Positions 55,942-64,000 of a stretch of DNA of 64,000 nt are shown piece by piece. Made by a program: the position numbers and the translations under genes. Under the pieces are notes generated by a model. It worked only from the letters and a program-made list of their open reading frames with translations, was not told where the DNA came from and ran no database searches. Positions within the stretch are counted from its first letter, which is position 1; every line of letters starts with the position of its first letter. Source of the DNA: Enterobacteria phage vB_EcoM_IME341; sequence record MH051917. One strand, 5' to 3'.

Positions 55942-56831
55942 GTCTGTTTATCGTTCCTATTTTCAGTATGCGTAGTTACGAAACAGGTGAATATGCCGTC
56001 CTTAAGGACGGTAATTTTCAACTCCATTTAAACCGTGCTTGCCCAGGTGATTATCTGGCTTATCCTAGAAATTCGAGCGATATCAAAGAATGTATTGAAT
56101 TGTTTCCTGAACTGAATTTTGTACCGCTTTGGTATAAAGAAAATGCTTATGAAACCCGTAAACATTTTTGGTCTGAAAATGAGTTCGTTGTTGATTCGCT
56201 AATCGAATACTATGACTGCTCAGGATTAGTAACCGATATCACAGGTTATGATGGTGCTCAGACAGTACAATTCAACTTTAACATTACAATGGACCCTGAA
56301 GTTCCTCGTTATTATATTGATGAGTTCATTGATATCGATGTGTCTTCGGTTGAACGTTCGATTTATACTACAGTCCTTAACCAATGCCAGAAAGACGTCC
56401 TGGTGTCACGAGGTGCGTCCTCTGATAAGATTTTTGTAGACCAAAAGGTAATTAATCCTGCAATAATTGAGCGTTACTCTGAAGGTCTAGCGCCTATTAA
56501 AATTGATGGTATTTTCCATCCATTCCGTATCTCTGATAAATGCTATCAATTCGAAAGAGTTGTAGACCAAGCTGCGGCTGAAGGTTCTCGTCTTTACATC
56601 ACCGATCCGAATGATTCATTTAAGCGTGAAGACTATCGTCCTGATGTAGAGATTATTAAATTCAAACCGAGTAAGGTTGAATATTATCAGATTCTGAAAT
56701 CAAGACCTCATATCATTTATCATGAGAATCCTGGTTTAGTATTCCATCCTGGTCTAGCTGAATTCATTTATTTCGGTGCCCATATCCATTCTGAGTACGA
56801 AATGCCGAGTTATGAGGACGTAGTATGCTAG
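55938..56831 (+). CDS. hypothetical protein in the position of T4 beta-glucosyltransferase
   Basis: 297 aa; no motif recognised by eye. Confidence 0.5.
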   Translation: MSLFIVPIFSMRSYETGEYAVLKDGNFQLHLNRACPGDYLAYPRNSSDIKECIELFPELNFVPLWYKENAYETRKHFWSENEFVVDSLIEYYDCSGLVTDITGYDGAQTVQFNFNITMDPEVPRYYIDEFIDIDVSSVERSIYTTVLNQCQKDVLVSRGASSDKIFVDQKVINPAIIERYSEGLAPIKIDGIFHPFRISDKCYQFERVVDQAAAEGSRLYITDPNDSFKREDYRPDVEIIKFKPSKVEYYQILKSRPHIIYHENPGLVFHPGLAEFIYFGAHIHSEYEMPSYEDVVC

Positions 56832-56956
56832 GTCCTTTATTGCTTTTTATAGGTTTGTTATTATTCTCTTTCGGAGCCTTGTTATTATTATGCTGGCTCG
56901 AGAAACGAGAAGTCCGGAAGATAGTCGATAAGGCTATCAACCGAGGAATAAAATAA
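56825..56956 (+). CDS. possible 43-aa membrane peptide
   Basis: MLGPLLLFIGLLLFSFGALLLLCW... Confidence 0.3.
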   Translation: MLGPLLLFIGLLLFSFGALLLLCWLEKREVRKIVDKAINRGIK

Positions 56957-57033
56957 CGCTGTAAATGTGAAGTGATATAATTACCCTATCTTAAAACGTG
57001 AGTAAAATATAATGGTGCCTATGGAAAAATATA

Positions 57034-58215
57034 ATGTCCGATTTAAAATCCCGTTTGATTAAAGCTTCTACTTCTAAAATGACTGCCGACCTGACCAAAT
57101 CTAAATTGTTTAATGGTCGTGACGAAGTTCCTACTCGTATCCCTATGCTTAATATTGCATTAGGCGGTGCATTGAATGCAGGCTTACAATCAGGTTTGAC
57201 AATCTTTGCTGCTCCATCTAAACACTTTAAAACGTTGTTTGGACTTACCATGGTTGCGGCATATATGAAGAAATATCCAGACGCAATTTGTTTGTTCTAT
57301 GACTCTGAGTTTGGTGCTTCAGAATCTTATTTCCGTTCGATGGGTGTTGACCTGGAACGTGTGGTTCATACACCAATCCAGTCAGTCGAACAGCTTAAAG
57401 TTGATATGACCAACCAGTTAGAAGAAATTACTCGCGGCGAAAAGGTTATTATCTTTATCGACTCCATTGGTAACACTGCTTCTAAGAAAGAAACCGAAGA
57501 TGCTTTGAACGAGAAAGTTGTAGGTGATATGACTCGTGCTAAGTCACTGAAATCTCTGTTCCGTATCGTAACACCTTATCTGACCATCAAAGATATCCCT
57601 TGTGTAGCAATTAACCACACGGCTATGGAAATTGGTGGAATGTATCCTAAAGAGATTATGGGTGGTGGTACTGGTATTCTGTACTCTGCTTCTACCGTGT
57701 TCTTTATCTCTAAACGTCAGGTTAAAGATGGTACTGAGCTCACTGGTTATGACTTCACACTGAAGGCTGAGAAATCTCGTACGGTTAAAGAGAAGTCAAC
57801 GTTCCCTATCACCGTTAACTTTGAAGGCGGTATCGACCCGTTCAGTGGATTGCTTGAAATGGCTACTGATATCGGCTTTGTCGTGAAACCTAAAGCTGGT
57901 TGGTATAATCGTGCATTCCTTGACGAAACCACGGGTGAAATGGTTCAAGAAGAAAAAGCATGGCGTGCCAAAGCTACCGATTGTGTTGAGTTCTGGGGAC
58001 CTCTGTTTAAACATGCCCCGTTCCGTGAAGCAATCGAGAATAAGTATAAGCTTGGTGCAATTAATTCTATTAAAGAAGTTGACGATGCAGTGAACGACCT
58101 TATTAACTCTCGTGTCTCTAAGAACGTTGCTGTTAAATTAGGCGGAAATACCCAAAGCGCCGCTGACATCGAAAGCGATTTAGAAAACATGAATTTTGTG
58201 AGCGACCATGACTGA
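57034..58215 (+). CDS. uvsX: UvsX recombinase (RecA-like)
   Basis: 393 aa; RecA fold motifs incl. Walker A-like region FAAPSKHFKT and loop regions; position before gp40/gp41. Confidence 0.9.
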   Translation: MSDLKSRLIKASTSKMTADLTKSKLFNGRDEVPTRIPMLNIALGGALNAGLQSGLTIFAAPSKHFKTLFGLTMVAAYMKKYPDAICLFYDSEFGASESYFRSMGVDLERVVHTPIQSVEQLKVDMTNQLEEITRGEKVIIFIDSIGNTASKKETEDALNEKVVGDMTRAKSLKSLFRIVTPYLTIKDIPCVAINHTAMEIGGMYPKEIMGGGTGILYSASTVFFISKRQVKDGTELTGYDFTLKAEKSRTVKEKSTFPITVNFEGGIDPFSGLLEMATDIGFVVKPKAGWYNRAFLDETTGEMVQEEKAWRAKATDCVEFWGPLFKHAPFREAIENKYKLGAINSIKEVDDAVNDLINSRVSKNVAVKLGGNTQSAADIESDLENMNFVSDHD

Positions 58216-58537
58216 TTTATCTGATTTAGATAATTTTGTTAAAGATACCGAAGAGGGTCCTAGTGACCCTCGTTATTATGAGAAATCATTAGATATAATC
58301 CGTAAGTCAATGGGTTCTGTTAAGCAGGAAATTATGCTTACTTTACCCGATGGCACTGCTCACATCGTTTATGTGATGAATATTGTTATTGAGAAAGATG
58401 GAAAAGTGTCGGTTGATTTCGGAACACCTTCCGAAGACCGAAAAGAAGAGCTAGCGCTTCATGTAGAAAAATGTGTTACAATGCAAATACAAGAAGAACT
58501 GGATAAAATTAAATCTAAGAGGTGGTGGAAGTGGTAG
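58208..58537 (+). CDS. 40: gp40 head vertex assembly chaperone (position-based)
   Basis: 109 aa between uvsX and gene 41. Confidence 0.55.
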   Translation: MTDLSDLDNFVKDTEEGPSDPRYYEKSLDIIRKSMGSVKQEIMLTLPDGTAHIVYVMNIVIEKDGKVSVDFGTPSEDRKEELALHVEKCVTMQIQEELDKIKSKRWWKW

Positions 58538-59961
58538 AAACTATTTTGGCTCAACTGCTAGGCAATAGTGATTATTTCACTAAGGTCTGGCCTTATATGA
58601 ATGATTCATATTTTGACCAGGGTCCTGCAAAGACCCTTTTCAAAGAAATTAAAAAACACGTCAATGAATATAATGCAGTGCCTTCTAAGAACGCATTGAG
58701 CATTGCATTAGATAACAGTACGCTTTCAGAAGTTGAACATCAAGGCGCTAAAGAGCTTTTAAGCTCACTGAATGCTGGACCTGAAGACCAAGAATGGTTG
58801 GTTAAAGAGACGGAGAAATACGTTCAGAAAGCAGCGATGTATAATGCAACTTCAAAAATCATTGAAATCCAAACTAATGCCGACCTTCCGGTTGAGCAAC
58901 AAAATAGAAAACTTCCAGGTATTGGTGCTATTCCAGATATCATGCGTGATGCATTATCGATTTGTTTCGATTCTGAATTAGGTCATGACTGGATGGATGA
59001 CTATGAAGAACGATTCAAAAGTTATTCCGATAAAGCACGTAAGGTTCCATTCCGTCTTAATATTCTGAATAAGATTACCAAGGGCGGTGCTGAGTTTGGT
59101 ACTGAAAACGTATTGTTGGCAGGAACAAACGTAGGTAAGTCTCTTGGGCTGTGTTCATTGGCTGCTGATTACCTTCAATCCGGATACGATGTTCTTTATA
59201 TCTCCATGGAGATGGCAGAGGAAGTATGTGCTAAGCGTATCGATGCCAACCTTCTGGATGTATCACTGGATGATATCGATGATGGTCACGTCTCTTGGCC
59301 TGAATATAAAGCTAAGATGGATAAATGGCGTTCAACTGCTACTTTAGGTCGTTTAAAGATTAAACAGTATCCTACCGGTGGTGCTAATGCCGATACATTC
59401 CGAGCATTATTAAACGAATACAAGCTCAAACAAAACTTTGTCCCACAGGTCGTTATCGTCGACTACTTGGCCATCTGTGCATCATCTCGTACGAAAGTTT
59501 TCTCTGAAAACAGTTATGGATTGATTAAGATGGTAGCCGAAGAACTACGTGGACTTGCAGTAGAGAAGAAATTATTGTTGTGGACTGCAGCCCAGACTAC
59601 TCGTGGTGCGAACGTTGCCGCCGAAATCGATATGGCTGATATTGCTGAATCCTTTGGTATTGCACATACTGCCGACTTCATGTTGGGTGTGGTCGAGACA
59701 GAAGAGTTTGCCCAGATGGGTATGCAGATGGTTAAGCAGCTTAAATCTCGTTATGGCGATAAGAGCTACTACAACAAATTTAAGATTGGTGTTAAGAAAG
59801 GAAATCAACGTTGGTACGAAGTTGAAGATGATTCCAATCCGGGTCCAGTGAACACTGTTCGTGAGGCTACAGGTGAGATGAATCGTCAAGCCGAGGTCAA
59901 TCGACAGACGCGTGTTAATAGAAGTGATTTGGATGATTTAGCAGCATCTATCAAATTTTAA
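58531..59961 (+). CDS. 41: gp41 replicative DNA helicase
   Basis: DnaB-like Walker A GTNVGKSLG; likely GTG start (MVETILAQLL) after SD GAGGTGG. Confidence 0.9.
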   Translation: MVETILAQLLGNSDYFTKVWPYMNDSYFDQGPAKTLFKEIKKHVNEYNAVPSKNALSIALDNSTLSEVEHQGAKELLSSLNAGPEDQEWLVKETEKYVQKAAMYNATSKIIEIQTNADLPVEQQNRKLPGIGAIPDIMRDALSICFDSELGHDWMDDYEERFKSYSDKARKVPFRLNILNKITKGGAEFGTENVLLAGTNVGKSLGLCSLAADYLQSGYDVLYISMEMAEEVCAKRIDANLLDVSLDDIDDGHVSWPEYKAKMDKWRSTATLGRLKIKQYPTGGANADTFRALLNEYKLKQNFVPQVVIVDYLAICASSRTKVFSENSYGLIKMVAEELRGLAVEKKLLLWTAAQTTRGANVAAEIDMADIAESFGIAHTADFMLGVVETEEFAQMGMQMVKQLKSRYGDKSYYNKFKIGVKKGNQRWYEVEDDSNPGPVNTVREATGEMNRQAEVNRQTRVNRSDLDDLAASIKF

Positions 59962-59982
59962 GGAGCTTCGGCTCCTTTTTTG
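59960..59982 (+). terminator. intrinsic terminator after gene 41
   Basis: aggagc-ttcg-gctcct + TTTTTT. Confidence 0.7.
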
Positions 59983-59990
59983 TTTTAAGG

Positions 59991-60019
59991 GTTTACATCT
60001 CCTGTAGGCGTGATACTAT
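59991..60019 (+). promoter_or_regulatory. early promoter cassette
   Basis: gtttacatctcctgtaggcgtgatactatagacctatcaacttggag. Confidence 0.6.
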
Positions 60020-60043
60020 AGACCTATCAACTTGGAGAACAAA

Positions 60044-60361
60044 ATGAAAACCATCGACTGTAAAGCAGAATATAAAGTGTATTACCACGGAAGTTGTAGT
60101 GTTGCTAATATCGGTAATATGCTTTGTCCTCCTGAGGAAACAGGAGTTCTGTCTGAAACTGGTCGTAAGAAAAACCTGAATCGTGTGTTCTTTACTGAAG
60201 ATATCGGTTTGGCTAAGATTTATGCTGGACGTGCAGCTCGTTCAGTGGGAGGAGAACCTCGTCTTTATCGTGTAATTGCTCCGGTAGATGTGGTTTGTTT
60301 AAATGATACTAAAGGCGCTACGGTTTATCATGCTGAATGGGCCTTCTGTGAGGAAATCTAA
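60044..60361 (+). CDS. hypothetical protein
   Basis: 105 aa from ATG after cassette SD. Confidence 0.5.
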   Translation: MKTIDCKAEYKVYYHGSCSVANIGNMLCPPEETGVLSETGRKKNLNRVFFTEDIGLAKIYAGRAARSVGGEPRLYRVIAPVDVVCLNDTKGATVYHAEWAFCEEI

Positions 60362-60556
60362 ATGTCTGAATCAATTAAAGTAAAATTTGTCGGCCATTTC
60401 ACCAACGGCGATACCGCTACCAAAGAAGCTTCAGTGCGTGAAAACGATATCGTGTGGGTGACTACCCAATTCGCTGAAGTCAATAATATTTTGGTTAAGG
60501 CGTATGTCGACGATGTAGAAGTTTATGAACATGATGCCCGTATTGAGGAAATCTAA
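60362..60556 (+). CDS. dmd: Dmd, antitoxin against RnlA/LsoA
   Basis: 64 aa; VWVTTQFAEVNNILVKAYVDD resembles T4 Dmd (61.5); position between genes 41 and 61. Confidence 0.65.
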   Translation: MSESIKVKFVGHFTNGDTATKEASVRENDIVWVTTQFAEVNNILVKAYVDDVEVYEHDARIEEI

Positions 60557-60697
60557 ATGGAAGAATTTGAATGTGTAGTATGTGGTTGTTCGGTCTGTGA
60601 AGACCAGGCAGTATTTGATGCTTGGGACAACGCAACCTGTTTAGACTGTGACAGCGAATTCGAAGAAATTGCTCATAAACATGAAGGCGAGGAATAA
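60557..60697 (+). CDS. possible small zinc-ribbon protein
   Basis: 46 aa, CVVCGC...CLDC. Confidence 0.4.
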   Translation: MEEFECVVCGCSVCEDQAVFDAWDNATCLDCDSEFEEIAHKHEGEE

Positions 60698-60937
60698 ATG
60701 AATATCGTACTAATGAAACCAACTCCTAGCTCTTTTTGGAATAAATCTTTCGGTAAGCATAATATGTTTATCCACCGCACTGTAAGCAACTGGGAACTGG
60801 TTCTTTCAGTGGGCCACAACGATTATGAACAAGAATACGTAGAGTTCTTCGAATTTCCTGTGAAGCCTACTAAGCGTCAGATTCGTCAGACAAAACGTAA
60901 ATTCCGTAAGATTTATTTGGAAGATTCGTTAAAATAA
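60698..60937 (+). CDS. hypothetical protein
   Basis: 79 aa. Confidence 0.45.
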   Translation: MNIVLMKPTPSSFWNKSFGKHNMFIHRTVSNWELVLSVGHNDYEQEYVEFFEFPVKPTKRQIRQTKRKFRKIYLEDSLK

Positions 60938-60938
60938 A

Positions 60939-60968
60939 GTTTACAACGGTCTATGGTAGTGATACTAT
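60939..60968 (+). promoter_or_regulatory. early promoter cassette
   Basis: gtttacaacggtctatggtagtgatactatagacctatcaactaacgagg. Confidence 0.6.
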
Positions 60969-60996
60969 AGACCTATCAACTAACGAGGAGTTAAAA

Positions 60997-61290
60997 ATGA
61001 AAAAGTTATTAATCGCAGCAATCCTTACAGTAGCATCATGTGGCACGGCTCCAGTTACGGCTGGATTGGATAAAGACCTTTGTGAATGGTCTATGACTGC
61101 AGACCAAGAATCGGTTGAACATCAGATTTATGCTGATATCATGAACATCACTAAACGCGACCGCCCTGATATGGCTAAAGAAGTGTCAGACCAATTAGCT
61201 TCAGGTGGCGTTATGCAATATAACTATGTTTTGTATTGCGATGCCAATTTCGATAACAAAAATATCGTTAAAGAGGTGACAGGTGAATAA
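60997..61290 (+). CDS. sp: Spackle (Sp) periplasmic protein
   Basis: 97 aa; signal peptide/lipobox LTVASC; DKDLCEWSMTADQ and GGVMQYNYVLYCD resemble T4 Sp (61.3). Confidence 0.75.
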   Translation: MKKLLIAAILTVASCGTAPVTAGLDKDLCEWSMTADQESVEHQIYADIMNITKRDRPDMAKEVSDQLASGGVMQYNYVLYCDANFDNKNIVKEVTGE

Positions 61291-61723
61291 GATTAACAGA
61301 AATTTAGTTATCAAAAAACTTTGTTGTAAAAATCCAAATGCACAAGCATACAGGATGTTTTGGAGCGACGACCACCAATACCTAGGTTATTTTCTTGTTG
61401 ATAGTGATGATCGAATCACAATGGCTCATAAACTTCTTAACAGAGAATTAAACCATTGGCAAGAACTTATTGCGGTGAGGTCTAAATTATTTTCGTGCAA
61501 TACAATGCACCAATTGGTTTATTTTTTCGCTGAAGGTATTCCTGACAAGGTCGAGTTTGATGGATTCGAATTTAAAGATATCCTCCCGGACAACGAATTG
61601 AATGACGGCGTTAATATGGATATCCCTAGCAAGTATATCAAAAACAGTCTGTTGAAAATTCTGGAAGCTCCGGTTTATTCAATAGATGACCAAATTTTTA
61701 ATGCTTTTATGAATCGAGGTTAA
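61283..61723 (+). CDS. hypothetical protein
   Basis: 146 aa. Confidence 0.5.
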   Translation: MNKINRNLVIKKLCCKNPNAQAYRMFWSDDHQYLGYFLVDSDDRITMAHKLLNRELNHWQELIAVRSKLFSCNTMHQLVYFFAEGIPDKVEFDGFEFKDILPDNELNDGVNMDIPSKYIKNSLLKILEAPVYSIDDQIFNAFMNRG

Positions 61724-61724
61724 T

Positions 61725-61946
61725 ATGTTTGTCTTAACTCAATTCTCTAAAGCAGTGTATAGTTACTCTTGTCAGTGGGAAGTCTTTATCGATTCTCCTT
61801 CACCTAAGTACGGTGTTTTTGGACGAGTAACTACCCAATCTTATGTTGCGCGGCCAACTAAGCGCCAGCTTCGTAAACTTAAAAAGGCTCATCGCCAACT
61901 GATTAAAAGAAGGGAACAATATGAGTGCAATGTGTACGGGCTCTAA
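61725..61946 (+). CDS. hypothetical protein
   Basis: 73 aa. Confidence 0.45.
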   Translation: MFVLTQFSKAVYSYSCQWEVFIDSPSPKYGVFGRVTTQSYVARPTKRQLRKLKKAHRQLIKRREQYECNVYGL

Positions 61947-62112
61947 GATTTCTGTATTCGAATTATTCGAAGAATATGAAATAGTATCAAAAGACCAAGA
62001 AGCTATCCATATTATTGCTGGTGATGGCGTAACTTGGATTATTCCACTTTACCACGAAGATACCTATGAAGTCACTGATGCAAATGGTGATAAAGCTATT
62101 TTCGTAATATAA
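61921..62112 (+). CDS. hypothetical protein
   Basis: 63 aa. Confidence 0.4.
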   Translation: MSAMCTGSKISVFELFEEYEIVSKDQEAIHIIAGDGVTWIIPLYHEDTYEVTDANGDKAIFVI

Positions 62113-62328
62113 ATAAGGCCAGGAGCCTATGAAATCTTTTAAAGAAGTTATGAACGAAGATATGGTCGCAGGTGATGCAGGCGGAAATCCTACTGCTATT
62201 GCCTCCGGAACTACCTCAGGCGCTGTCGTCAACAAAGGGCCTGAACAAATCCCATCTAAAAAGCGTAAAGAAAAATCTGAAAACGAATGATATAATGGCT
62301 CTATTAATTTAGAGCCCAAGGAAAAATA

Positions 62329-63357
62329 ATGTCATATGTCGATAGAGAATTTGCTGTACGTGCCTTGAATTACCAACCTAAATTCAGACAAGTAACTGGT
62401 AGTGATTTTAAATTAAACTGTCGTTGCCGTGTATGTGGCGACTCCCTAAAAGATGAGAACAAAGCGCGTTTTTGGGCCTATCCGGCTAATGACGGCTCTG
62501 TAATGCTGCACTGTTTTAACTGTGATTATTCAGCAGGAATTAAGAAGTATCTATACGAATATGAGCCTGATTTATATCGCGAATATATTCTTGAGAAACA
62601 TAAAGAGCAATCGTTCGGGAGACAAGCTGCACCTAAGGTGGAGATATCTGAAAAAATTAAAGCTAAGATGCCTGTCATCGAAAAGCTTAATTTCTGTGAA
62701 CGATTAGATAGAATGCCAAAGGACCATCCTATTATCAAATATGTGACACTACGTTGCATTCCTGAAAACAAATGGAATCGGCTGTGGTTTACTAAAGAAT
62801 GGCCTGCATTAGTTAACTCTGTGAATCCAGGGACCTATTCTAAAGAAATGCCTGAGCCTCGTTTGGTTATTCCAATTTTCAATAAGAATAAACAAATTGA
62901 AAGTTTTCAGGGTCGAGCCTTACGTAAAGATGCTCCACAAAAATATATTACAATAAAAGCTCATGACCAAGCTACAAAAATATATGGAATGGATACAGTT
63001 GATGAACGTCAATTGGTGTGGGTAATGGAAGGTCCTATCGATTCATTATTCGTACCGAATGCAATAGCAATTACTGGCGGATCGTTGGACTTGGCTATGG
63101 TTCCGTGTAAAGAAACACGTGCCTGGGTAATGGACAATGAACCCCGCCATCCTGACACAATTAAGCGTATGCAACGATTAGTTGATGCCGGCGAAAGGGT
63201 TCTATTCTGGGACAAGGCTCCGTGGCCTTCTAAAGATATAAATGATATGGTTATGAAAGATAAAGCCGATATAAATGATGTACTGGCATATATGAAAGCT
63301 AATATCGCACAAGGTCTAATGGCAAAAATGAGACTTTCAAAATATTCCAAGATTTAG
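62329..63357 (+). CDS. 61: gp61 DNA primase
   Basis: 342 aa; N-terminal zinc ribbon CRCRVCGD...HCFNCD; TOPRIM-like core; same size as T4 gp61. Confidence 0.9.
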   Translation: MSYVDREFAVRALNYQPKFRQVTGSDFKLNCRCRVCGDSLKDENKARFWAYPANDGSVMLHCFNCDYSAGIKKYLYEYEPDLYREYILEKHKEQSFGRQAAPKVEISEKIKAKMPVIEKLNFCERLDRMPKDHPIIKYVTLRCIPENKWNRLWFTKEWPALVNSVNPGTYSKEMPEPRLVIPIFNKNKQIESFQGRALRKDAPQKYITIKAHDQATKIYGMDTVDERQLVWVMEGPIDSLFVPNAIAITGGSLDLAMVPCKETRAWVMDNEPRHPDTIKRMQRLVDAGERVLFWDKAPWPSKDINDMVMKDKADINDVLAYMKANIAQGLMAKMRLSKYSKI

Positions 63358-63554
63358 GCAGGAATTCCGCTAAAGAATCCAACTATGCTTAACACATGCT
63401 CCATTGTAACCGCTGGTAAAATTACACCCTGACTAGCGGCTACAGGGACTACCAGAAGATTCCAAAGGAATACGTCTAGCGCAAGAAAACCTAACATCAT
63501 TTTCTTGTCTTTCTTTTCGGCCAATTTCCAGATTTGGTAAAAAATACTACCCAT
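63354..63554 (-). CDS. small membrane protein (minus strand)
   Basis: 66 aa; strong RBS AGGAGG 5 nt upstream of ATG on minus strand; convergent with gene 61. Confidence 0.5.
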   Translation of the reverse strand: MGSIFYQIWKLAEKKDKKMMLGFLALDVFLWNLLVVPVAASQGVILPAVTMEHVLSIVGFFSGIPA

Positions 63555-63635
63555 GTTATCCTCCTGTTAAATTATTATTTATTCGCTTTAATTTAACAGT
63601 TTATAATTATCTAACTTATTAATGAATTGAAAAAG

Positions 63636-64000
63636 GAAAAATATAATGGCACACTTTAATGAATGTTCACAACTTATTGCTGGTGTTGATAAAGCTGAGA
63701 AAGCTTATTTTAATGCTCTGATTCACGAAGATAAAGACCCTCTGCAGGTTATGCTTGATATGCAGAAATCATTACAGGTCCGTTTGGCTAAAGATAAACC
63801 TGAATATAACCGTCATCCTGATGACTTGGCTACTGCAGGTGAAGTTGTTGATTGGTTGCGCAATCAGAAAGATTATATTGATGATGAATTCCGCGAACTT
63901 CTGACTTCTCTTGGTGGCATGAGCAATGGCGAAAAAGATGCGAGCGCTGTATGGAAGCCTTGGAAAGCTCAACATGCTGAACGTCGTGAAACCCTGATTA
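63636..64000 (+). CDS. 56: gp56 dCTP pyrophosphatase (MazG-like), N-terminal part; continues past window end
   Basis: MAHFNECSQLIAGVDKAEKAYF...DPLQVMLDMQ...DDEFRELLTSLG highly similar to T4 gp56. Confidence 0.85.

Noticed and set aside
7206-60968. Regularly recurring ~45-bp near-identical repeats that could suggest a CRISPR array
   Set aside because: Copies are 0.3-8 kb apart, each sits upstream of a gene and contains -35/-10 hexamers and an SD; these are promoter cassettes, not CRISPR repeats.

Overview
This window is a gene-dense segment of a T4-like (T-even type) myovirus genome, roughly 40% GC by eye. The left end carries late baseplate genes on the minus strand (gp6 partial, gp5.4, gp5.1, gp5 hub/lysozyme, gp53). 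Almost everything else is on the plus strand: genes 4-2-3-1-57A-57B, then a long plastic early region, then the conserved replication/recombination block (gp55, gp47, gp46, gp45, gp44, gp62, regA, gp43, uvsX, gp40, gp41, dmd, sp, gp61, start of gp56 dCTPase). The plastic region holds six internal-protein genes with capsid-targeting N-termini, two tRNAs with an endonuclease ORF inserted between them, nudE-e-denV, tk, nrdC, endonuclease VII and many small ORFs. The most notable feature is a non-T4 gene cluster at 52681-56956, where T4 has gene 42 and beta-glucosyltransferase: a sugar-1-P nucleotidyltransferase/kinase fusion, a HAD phosphatase, a P-loop kinase, a divergent pyrimidine hydroxymethylase and a 297-aa unknown protein, with no alpha-gt between gp55 and gp47. 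I read this as a candidate alternative DNA hypermodification module. About 20 copies of a near-identical early-promoter cassette (GTTTAC, ~17 bp, TACTAT/TATAAT, AGACCTATCAA, often with an RBS-sequestering inverted repeat) punctuate the early region. All homology calls are from recalled motifs and T4 sequences, not from searches. Manually indexed coordinates (promoters, hairpins, tRNAs, adjusted start codons) are approximate to about 2 nt. Many ORF-track starts use TTG/GTG upstream of the real ATG and are adjusted here.
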